Part shown: piece after piece, positions 57,034-64,000 of the stretch | Layout: each line of letters begins with the position of its first letter | How positions within the stretch are numbered: position 1 is the first letter of the stretch | Sequence record: NC_019526.1 | Strand: one strand, 5' to 3' | DNA: 64,000 bases | Notes under the pieces: generated by a model | What the model was told of the DNA's origin: nothing | The model's database searches: none | Seen by the model: only the letters and a program-made list of their open reading frames with translations | Position numbers and translations under genes: made by a program

Positions 57034-57315
57034 ATGATTACTGGTCACATTACTAACTATGCAAAACGCCGCGATGTAGAAATAGAAGTACTGAAAGCAG
57101 GCGAAGTTGACGATGACGCTCAGGTATGGTTCTACACCGCAGACAATGATTGTGAACCAGTACTGATGTACCTGATTAATAATGATGGTTCTCTTACTTA
57201 TCGTAGCAAACTGATGAAGTCCCTGGAAGATATGCCAGCACATATCAATAATAAAGAAGTACTGAAACGCGTAATCTGCTACATCTCAGACCAGCACAAA
57301 GCGGATATGATGTAA
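57034..57315 (+). CDS. hypothetical protein
   Basis: Promoter-hairpin-AGGAG cassette. Confidence 0.75.
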   Translation: MITGHITNYAKRRDVEIEVLKAGEVDDDAQVWFYTADNDCEPVLMYLINNDGSLTYRSKLMKSLEDMPAHINNKEVLKRVICYISDQHKADMM

Positions 57316-57394
57316 TCTTTACAAATATGGGGGTTGACTAATGTCAGCCCTTTTGGTATTATATATTCAATCCAGCGAAATGGTCTAACCCTCA

Positions 57395-57513
57395 AGGGTG
57401 CCGAGATGTATCTATAGTTTAATGATTTTGAAGTACTGAAAAATAATTATAAAAAGTACTTGCTAGACGTGAATTCTTTTAAGAATTCACTTGTATTTGT
57501 GATTCAGTACTGC
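57395..57513 (+). repeat. 118-bp direct repeat, copy 2
   Basis: Matches 47508-47625. Confidence 0.9.
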
Positions 57514-57597
57514 CATAATATATCCATACAAGGGAAACATAGTGTTTCCCGATAATCCACAGCAATAGTGCTGGTGGATGAACCAGGAGTAATAACC

Positions 57598-57894
57598 ATG
57601 CAAGACAAATCAATTCATGTTCAAGTAGTTTCAAGCCGTGGCTATGACGATGTAGTACTGGATATCATGGTTAAAGATCTGCGGGACTATGCAATCATTG
57701 CACGTCATATCATGGTTAACTCCATTTGTATCAGTACTGGTGCTGATATGGAAGAAAACCGCTTACATATAGAAGAACATCTATACAAAGCACGCATGAA
57801 TGACAGCAGTGTATTCATCATTGAAGGTGCCGAGGGTAAAGAGTATACTGTATACCTTCGCCAGTACCAGGAAGTAGAAAAAGAAGAAGATTAA
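57598..57894 (+). CDS. acidic hypothetical protein
   Basis: AGGAG SD; the track start lies in a Chi-containing 5' hairpin. Confidence 0.75.
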   Translation: MQDKSIHVQVVSSRGYDDVVLDIMVKDLRDYAIIARHIMVNSICISTGADMEENRLHIEEHLYKARMNDSSVFIIEGAEGKEYTVYLRQYQEVEKEED

Positions 57895-57985
57895 TTTATA
57901 AAAAGTACTTGCTTTAATAGTTCAGTACTGTATACTGTTTATCAAGGGGAAGCAATAGTGCCTCCCCACTCATAGGAGATACACC

Positions 57986-58384
57986 ATGTTTACTATCACT
58001 TCTCGACAGGATGTTCTGTACGTTGCTAAAACTTTTGGTCTGGAAGCACTCGATCATATCATTCGCAACAGTACAATGAATGCTGATGCAAATGGGATTA
58101 TCATTGATACTCGGGCATGGGCCGCCAATGAAGTCATTGCCATCGAGCATGTTAACGATGGTAACAATGTCTATGAAGTGGATGCATGTTTCAATGCTGT
58201 TAATGTAGCAGGTATGTATATCACTGGTATTGATGATATCACTATCATCCGCTCCGGTATGGGTAACTTCTCCATGCCTTTACGTTCAGCAATGGAAAGA
58301 AAAGAGATCAGTACAGAACAATGTGCAAATATAATCAATGAGATTACCGCACGTAATGAAGCTGCTGCTATCCTTTACCCGTAG
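57986..58384 (+). CDS. hypothetical protein
   Basis: Promoter-hairpin-AGGAG cassette. Confidence 0.75.
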   Translation: MFTITSRQDVLYVAKTFGLEALDHIIRNSTMNADANGIIIDTRAWAANEVIAIEHVNDGNNVYEVDACFNAVNVAGMYITGIDDITIIRSGMGNFSMPLRSAMERKEISTEQCANIINEITARNEAAAILYP

Positions 58385-58404
58385 TAGTTCAGTACAGTAC
58401 TGTA

Positions 58405-58437
58405 AGCCCATAGGATAAACCCTGTGGGCTTTTTCTT
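58405..58437 (+). terminator. intrinsic terminator closing the early module
   Basis: AGCCCATAGG-ataaac-CCTGTGGGCT then T run. Confidence 0.75.
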
Positions 58438-58686
58438 TATGGGTAATATGATTGGGTAGGTTATGGTGTAAGTACTGTCAGAATTGATTACAGGAGGATA
58501 GCGTAAAAATTGATTAATTGATTTCAGTACTGAACTGTTATTGAGAAAAAATATTAGTCAAAAAATAATTGACTTAGAAAATATTTAAACCAATACCTTA
58601 TACTGTATGAAATAGTTTCGGACTGTGATTATATATTTGACTAAGTAAAGTGGTATTAGGCTTAGCACTTTTATATAGTATTACAG

Positions 58687-58787
58687 TACTGAACAATTTA
58701 TATCATTCTGTGCACTATTCTGTACTGGAACAATTTATATCATTCTGTGCACTATTCTGTACTGAACAATTTATACTATTCTGTACT
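58687..58787 (+). repeat. about 2.5 tandem copies of a 36-37 bp unit
   Basis: TACTG(G)AACAATTTATATCATTCTGTGCACTATTCTG. Confidence 0.85.
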
Positions 58788-59168
58788 ACACTAATTGAAA
58801 TTAATGGTTATAAAACCCTTGCCTCTTCAATAAAAGTGTGCTATGATGTAATTAATATGTGTGTTTCTATTATGTGAAATTATAGGTACAAAATGAAAAC
58901 CAGACCGTATCACACTGAAATAAAAGAAGCTTTTTATAATGGTAATCCATTAAGAAGTATTGAATTAGTTTTGCTTCGTAATTTAGGTACACCATCGCAA
59001 GAAGAGTGTGTTCAAGAATATATAAATCGTTTGATATAATGTAAAGTACAAAGCAAAAGGCATTTTTATCATTACTTAAATCGTAATACATAAAGAATTA
59101 GATGATATTTAATGCTGTACTAATATCTTGACTCTTTTTTTCTACAATTGTATATAACAGGAATAGTA

Positions 59169-59534
59169 ATGCAACCTAAATTAATAAATTTTAAAAAATT
59201 TGATTCAAGAGTTAGTAAATCATGTCAAGAGTATACAAAAAGATATTCAATTCAACCCAATACTGTTAGGGTAAAAGAAATCTATCTACTTCATGCACTG
59301 GATACTAATGTACAATACGGGTACTCATTGCAGTACATTGATGCATTAATGCAAGAAATAAAAAGAAAGTGTATATGCGTGTACATTACTGGTGTTAATT
59401 ACGAGAAGTTCAGATTTGCAGTAAAAGACTGGAACGATCCTGCTGTGGTACTGAAAGAATGTGAAACGATGGAAGAAGCCATGGCGTTTATCAAGACCAA
59501 CAATTATCTTTGTGTAGAAAATTTATCAATTTGA
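59169..59534 (+). CDS. hypothetical protein, distant paralog of 62813..63160
   Basis: Shared C-terminal F-x-V...C-E-(S/T)-x-E-x-A...K-x-NNY. Confidence 0.7.
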   Translation: MQPKLINFKKFDSRVSKSCQEYTKRYSIQPNTVRVKEIYLLHALDTNVQYGYSLQYIDALMQEIKRKCICVYITGVNYEKFRFAVKDWNDPAVVLKECETMEEAMAFIKTNNYLCVENLSI

Positions 59535-59632
59535 CTAACCTTTGTTTGCATTAAAAGTAGACAAAGGTTTTTCTTTTTGCTATGATATCAGTACTACATA
59601 ATTGTATCAACTCATTGGTGAGGAATCAAAAA

Positions 59633-60031
59633 ATGGCAAAGAAAAAGAAAAAGATTGACAGAACATTACGGCATCCTAAGTACAGAGTTCAATATCATGA
59701 TAGTGAACAGATAGAAGTAGATTTGGGCGGTGGAAGTAGGTTAAAATATGCTAACAATGCATATGTGAATAATAAATTTGTATTAACATTGTATAAAAAT
59801 TTCAAGTATCATTCAAGTAATGATCTTCTTGATTATACATTTATTAGTACTGAAGAAGAATTATTTCAGCATTCTTTGTTGTGTGCAGTTGATATTGATT
59901 TTTCGGTACTGGTACAGTTACAGAAAGCTTTAAAGCATCAAATGTATCAATATATTTTTCCAAATAAACTGGAAATGATTAATATGAAGAATAGATATGT
60001 TTTGGATATTACTGGTACTGAAATTGTTTAA
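59633..60031 (+). CDS. hypothetical protein with EEExFQxS motif
   Basis: STEEELFQHSL. Confidence 0.75.
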   Translation: MAKKKKKIDRTLRHPKYRVQYHDSEQIEVDLGGGSRLKYANNAYVNNKFVLTLYKNFKYHSSNDLLDYTFISTEEELFQHSLLCAVDIDFSVLVQLQKALKHQMYQYIFPNKLEMINMKNRYVLDITGTEIV

Positions 60032-60055
60032 TAACAATATAACTAATGAGCCAAA

Positions 60056-60583
60056 ATGAAAATTAATATCAAAGATGATAGTGAATTAAGTACATTAGTA
60101 CAAGATATATGTACTGTATACAATAAGATGAAATCTGTAACTAAAGATAAAGGAAGGATAGATGTATTACGCGGTGAATACAGATTTAATCATATATTGA
60201 GTAAAAATTCATCTGTACTGCAAACTTGCATTAGTAATGTTCAATACAATATCATTGAATACGGTTCTTTCTTTTCTGATTACTGCTATGATAATATGAT
60301 AAAGATTGATAGTACTGGTAATATTTTGGATGTTTATTTAGCACCGAGGGGTGCAGTATTAGAAATTATTAAAATTGGTGATATTAATAACACATTGGAA
60401 CACATTGAATTGCCTCCAAGGTCTACTGAGATGACAGAGGAATATGTATTTCAATTAAGTACAGTACATGAATATTTTTCTGCTATTATAATGATCACAG
60501 AGTTAAAGAAAAGAATTAATCGCAAGATGCGTGTTCATGTACCTGATTTCAGTACTGAATTGATCAAGTACATTGAGATATAA
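60056..60583 (+). CDS. hypothetical protein with FQLST motif
   Basis: MTEEYVFQLSTV. Confidence 0.8.
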   Translation: MKINIKDDSELSTLVQDICTVYNKMKSVTKDKGRIDVLRGEYRFNHILSKNSSVLQTCISNVQYNIIEYGSFFSDYCYDNMIKIDSTGNILDVYLAPRGAVLEIIKIGDINNTLEHIELPPRSTEMTEEYVFQLSTVHEYFSAIIMITELKKRINRKMRVHVPDFSTELIKYIEI

Positions 60584-60662
60584 AATGTCTTGACATTGGC
60601 TTTTCTTTTTGCTATTATAATTATAAACCCTTATTATACTTTACAAAGAGTAAGAAAATAAA

Positions 60663-61307
60663 ATGACTACAAGTGAATTATCTGAACTGTTTGGGATTTT
60701 ATCAGTACTGATGCCTAAGATTGAAAGTAATCCACATCATTTATTGAGTCCAAAAGCACAATCTATTTTTAGTATTGAAAAGCGAGTGGATCTGGAATAC
60801 CATGAATACCATGCTTATTTCAAAGCTATTGAAAATGGTGAGATCATACCAAAAGTATATCATGTTAGTATTAATGAATTGAGTTCTTACACTCGCTGCG
60901 AAGTTACTCGTCGTGGAAATTATTATAATACTACTTATACTTGTGAACGAGTATTAACAGTGAAAGAAAATTCACATGATTTTAATGTAATTAATCTTAC
61001 TGATGATGGTAAAGTGAAAGAAGTTATGTATCATCCTACATCAGAAGAAATTATGATCAACAAAGGTGGTGTTTGGGGAAGTCGACATAAAATTAAAATT
61101 CCTAATTACAAAGACTATGATGATGTTGATGCTTACATGTTTCAGTTAAGTACTGTAAAGGATTTTAGTACTGAAGAAGAAAATATTATGAAGTTCTTTA
61201 TGTTCTTACAGAAGTTTAAAAGTTCACGAAAGCGTTTGCCTAAATTTAGTACAAACATTGAACTGATTTCATTATCTAAACTGCTAGAGTTATATGACCA
61301 AAATTGA
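60663..61307 (+). CDS. hypothetical protein with FQLST motif
   Basis: DVDAYMFQLSTV. Confidence 0.8.
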   Translation: MTTSELSELFGILSVLMPKIESNPHHLLSPKAQSIFSIEKRVDLEYHEYHAYFKAIENGEIIPKVYHVSINELSSYTRCEVTRRGNYYNTTYTCERVLTVKENSHDFNVINLTDDGKVKEVMYHPTSEEIMINKGGVWGSRHKIKIPNYKDYDDVDAYMFQLSTVKDFSTEEENIMKFFMFLQKFKSSRKRLPKFSTNIELISLSKLLELYDQN

Positions 61308-61587
61308 ATACTATTCAGTACTGAATATTCAAGACTTATGTTATGATATGTATAATAATGCGAGTGTTTACAGAAAAGCAATGCGTTCAGTACTGAATAC
61401 CTTAGTCGAAGAATTCAATTCAAAATATAAAGGAACGCAGGTACTGATAAAAATTGATAATGGTGTTTATAAAACTGTAATTAAATATTATACTATATCA
61501 TATATCAATTGTGCATTCAAAACTGATATTGGATGGAGAAGATATTTTGATGAAACTACTATGATAGTCGGGAATAAAAATGACTAA
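61294..61587 (+). CDS. MTK-x-EY-x-SV family paralog 1
   Basis: Clear paralog of the next two ORFs. Confidence 0.8.
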   Translation: MTKIEYYSVLNIQDLCYDMYNNASVYRKAMRSVLNTLVEEFNSKYKGTQVLIKIDNGVYKTVIKYYTISYINCAFKTDIGWRRYFDETTMIVGNKND

Positions 61588-61864
61588 AGATGAATATTTT
61601 TCAGTACTGAATATACAGGAAGTATGTAATGAATTATACTTCACTCCTTATACAGAAGTATTGCGTTCTGTACTACAATCACTACAGAAGGAATTCAATG
61701 CAAAGTACAGAGGAACTCCAGTACGAACAAAAAACAATGAATTTGTCTATGAGACGGTAATTGATCATTATATTATATCGTTCATTGATTGTGTGTTCAA
61801 AACTGATATTGATATTGGATGGAACAGATATTTTGATGAAACCGTTATGATCATTGGGAAATAA
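61580..61864 (+). CDS. MTK-x-EY-x-SV family paralog 2
   Basis: FKTDI..GWxRYFDET shared. Confidence 0.8.
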   Translation: MTKDEYFSVLNIQEVCNELYFTPYTEVLRSVLQSLQKEFNAKYRGTPVRTKNNEFVYETVIDHYIISFIDCVFKTDIDIGWNRYFDETVMIIGK

Positions 61865-61869
61865 AAAAA

Positions 61870-62151
61870 ATGACTAAAGATGAATATAAATCTGTTTCTA
61901 TTATTCAAAAAATATGTGTTTCTATTTACAGAAATACAGAATACGGTACTGCTATGCGTTCAGTACTGAATATGTTATCAAAAGATTTTACTCATAAGTA
62001 TCATGGCCGAAAGATAAAAATTATTAATATTAATGGAGAATATTACACAAAAATTAAAAAGTACAAGATTACATTAGGTGAATGTGTATTTCGTACTAAA
62101 TCAGGAGTTAACGGTTTATTTTTTGGAAATTATACGATGCTATGTGATTAA
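61870..62151 (+). CDS. MTK-x-EY-x-SV family paralog 3
   Basis: AMRSVL shared. Confidence 0.8.
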   Translation: MTKDEYKSVSIIQKICVSIYRNTEYGTAMRSVLNMLSKDFTHKYHGRKIKIININGEYYTKIKKYKITLGECVFRTKSGVNGLFFGNYTMLCD

Positions 62152-62221
62152 AAATGGTTTTTTACTTACCATGTTAGTACATAGATAAAACAACCATGAT
62201 ATTTAATATAAAGGAAACGTT

Positions 62222-62476
62222 ATGAAACAATTTTTTAAAACCATCTGGAATTCACTGTTCAGTAAAAATACCAGTAATGTCGTTGATACTGTTGATAGTA
62301 CTGTTAGTACCAATACACAAAGTACATACATTCCGGTATACAGTGATGAAAATCCATTCTATACAGAAGAAGAGAAGAAACAATGGATTGAAGATGAAGT
62401 ACGTTTACGCAAAGAAGAAGCAGAGCGTATGAAACTTGAAAAAAGTAATAAGAAATGTAACCAATGCAACAAATAA
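62222..62476 (+). CDS. hypothetical protein
   Basis: AAGGA SD. Confidence 0.75.
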   Translation: MKQFFKTIWNSLFSKNTSNVVDTVDSTVSTNTQSTYIPVYSDENPFYTEEEKKQWIEDEVRLRKEEAERMKLEKSNKKCNQCNK

Positions 62477-62633
62477 ATTCTGACTATTATTACAGTACTG
62501 TACAGTACAATATGTATTTAAGTTCTTTTATGAATTTAAAAACGAGTTCAATAGACAAAGACGTGTATGAAAGTATATTGGGTTGTTTGAATCATAGTAT
62601 TCATAAATTATATAAATTAAAAGGTACGTTGGG

Positions 62634-62816
62634 ATGATTGATAATTACCAACAAATAAAAACACTATCTGAGTATTATAAAATTGATACTAATTATATAG
62701 TACGGATGCCTGTAGAGTTAGATGAATCTTTACATAAGTGGAGATATTTTTCAGTATTAAATAATTTGAATTTTGTCATTAATAGTTTATATGAATTACA
62801 AGGTAAATTACCATGA
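62634..62816 (+). CDS. small protein ending QGKLP
   Basis: Shared terminus with 63563..63781. Confidence 0.65.
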   Translation: MIDNYQQIKTLSEYYKIDTNYIVRMPVELDESLHKWRYFSVLNNLNFVINSLYELQGKLP

Positions 62817-63160
62817 AATATAAACGATGTGATGATGGATATCTGGCTGCCAGGTATTACAGTAAATTTGTATCTACAACTAATAAAGATGATCTGCTAT
62901 TACTTATGTTAGTAGGTACAATTAAACAAGAAATGGCGGCTGAAAGATATATCAACACGTTAATACATAAAATGGTACTTAAACACAGGCTGGTTAAAAT
63001 TAGAACTATTGGTGGTTATGAACCTTATAAGTTTGGTGTATTTTATCTTGACAATACTAATTTAGTTGCTTCTGATTCTATTATAATTTGTGAGTCCATT
63101 GAAAAAGCGGTTCAGTACTGTAAAAATAATAATTATAGATTGATTGGTACAGAGGTATGA
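62813..63160 (+). CDS. hypothetical protein
   Basis: ATGA overlap. Confidence 0.75.
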   Translation: MKYKRCDDGYLAARYYSKFVSTTNKDDLLLLMLVGTIKQEMAAERYINTLIHKMVLKHRLVKIRTIGGYEPYKFGVFYLDNTNLVASDSIIICESIEKAVQYCKNNNYRLIGTEV

Positions 63161-63163
63161 ATT

Positions 63164-63415
63164 ATGATGAGTTTAAAATTTTATGACCATTTACCAAAAA
63201 GTATTAAATTCAGTAATATACAATATTATACATTAGAAGATTGGGAAATGCATTATCGAAAGATACTCGGTTTTTCTTTGGGATTTGAAGAAACTGAGTA
63301 CCAGGAAATACATTATAATTATTATATTGAAATATTAAAATGTATGATACATAAAGATTATGAAATTTTAATTTCCAGATATATAGTGACGAGTAAAAAT
63401 GGATCAAGAAACTAA
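63164..63415 (+). CDS. hypothetical protein
   Basis: GAGG SD. Confidence 0.7.
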   Translation: MMSLKFYDHLPKSIKFSNIQYYTLEDWEMHYRKILGFSLGFEETEYQEIHYNYYIEILKCMIHKDYEILISRYIVTSKNGSRN

Positions 63416-63566
63416 GAAGAAGTTAACAGAACTTATTGAAGCATCTATTAATGCTGAGGGTGCTTTCTTTGAGCACTACGATAAGTACGATAAAAAAGGA
63501 CGAGTATTGTGGGAGAAGCGTAATAGTACCAGGAAGGAGTTGGATGAATTTATTTCTAAATTGTGA
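63399..63566 (+). CDS. hypothetical protein (55 aa)
   Basis: Fills gap, coupled to neighbours. Confidence 0.55.
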   Translation: MDQETKKKLTELIEASINAEGAFFEHYDKYDKKGRVLWEKRNSTRKELDEFISKL

Positions 63567-63781
63567 GGAAATTAGTGAATAGTCCAAATGGTCGTGCATC
63601 TATATCACAACTATATTTGTATAATCTTAAATTATCTTATATTATAAAATCAATAAAAACTAAAAATAACTTCATTGGTTTGCCTAATTATGTAAGAGAA
63701 ATGGAGATAGATTCATTTGTTAAGGATATGATAGAAATATATAAAATTCAAGGTAAGTTACCACCGTTTGATGAGTTGTAA
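63563..63781 (+). CDS. small protein with QGKLP motif
   Basis: GTGA overlap. Confidence 0.6.
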   Translation: MRKLVNSPNGRASISQLYLYNLKLSYIIKSIKTKNNFIGLPNYVREMEIDSFVKDMIEIYKIQGKLPPFDEL

Positions 63782-63882
63782 TACTATCCACTTCATACCC
63801 ACCGTGTGTCTTTTTAAACACTTGACTTCCAGTCAAATCTGTGTTATTGTTATTATTGTAATAATCAAAATGGTACAATATA

Positions 63883-64000
63883 ATGACCAAAAGTGAATAC
63901 TATTCTGTACTGAATATTCAGGAAGCGTGTAAAGGTTTATACTTTACTCCTTATATTGAAGTGATGCGTTCTGTATTTAAATTACTACAGAAGGAATTTT
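63883..64000 (+). CDS. MTK-x-EY-x-SV family paralog 4 (runs off window)
   Basis: MTKSEYYSVLNIQEACKGLYFTPYIEVMRSVF. Confidence 0.8.
   Translation, partial: MTKSEYYSVLNIQEACKGLYFTPYIEVMRSVFKLLQKEF

Noticed and set aside
38701-58400. LexA boxes suggested by frequent TACTGTAT
   Set aside because: No complete CTG-N10-CAG found at the promoters checked; the half-site arises from AGTACTG abutting TATAAT
58650-58877. ORF 58650..58877
   Set aside because: GTG start without SD; its sequence is just the tandem repeat translated
375-61381. All minus-strand ORFs in the track
   Set aside because: They shadow longer + strand genes with SDs or lie in promoter tracts; none has a recognisable motif or convincing RBS
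1-64000. AGTACT as SlmA binding sites (GTGAGTACTCAC)
   Set aside because: Core matches but the flanks are mainly C..G or A..T, not GTG..CAC

Overview
64 kb segment of an AT-rich lytic jumbo phage of an enterobacterial host. A RaK2/GAP32/121Q-type myophage is my inference from the gene mix, not a database result. Essentially all credible genes are on the + strand. 1-38.6 kb and 58.6-64 kb are accessory/early gene runs: a sigma70-family factor, YbiI/TraR-like Zn finger, HslV-like and ClpP-like proteases, DenV, a secreted non-specific nuclease, a GIY-YIG-like homing endonuclease, an AAA ATPase, a YgiB-like lipoprotein, several tandem paralog arrays, and three tRNA-shaped non-canonical RNAs. 38.6-58.5 kb is a distinct, promoter-saturated module that looks like a first-expressed or terminal-repeat region. 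It carries a dense Fur-box cluster, CpxR-type GTAAA-N5-GTAAA boxes, seven co-oriented Chi sites, about 13 ORF-less promoter-hairpin cassettes (six aimed at Fur boxes), a long structured ORF-less transcript, and genes for an H-NS-like protein, a protein kinase and an ADP-ribosyltransferase-like protein. The palindrome AGTACT (often CAGTACTG) is massively over-represented throughout, in both promoters and codons. No CRISPR array or canonical tRNA was found. All counts are manual, and functional assignments rest on motif recognition without any search.
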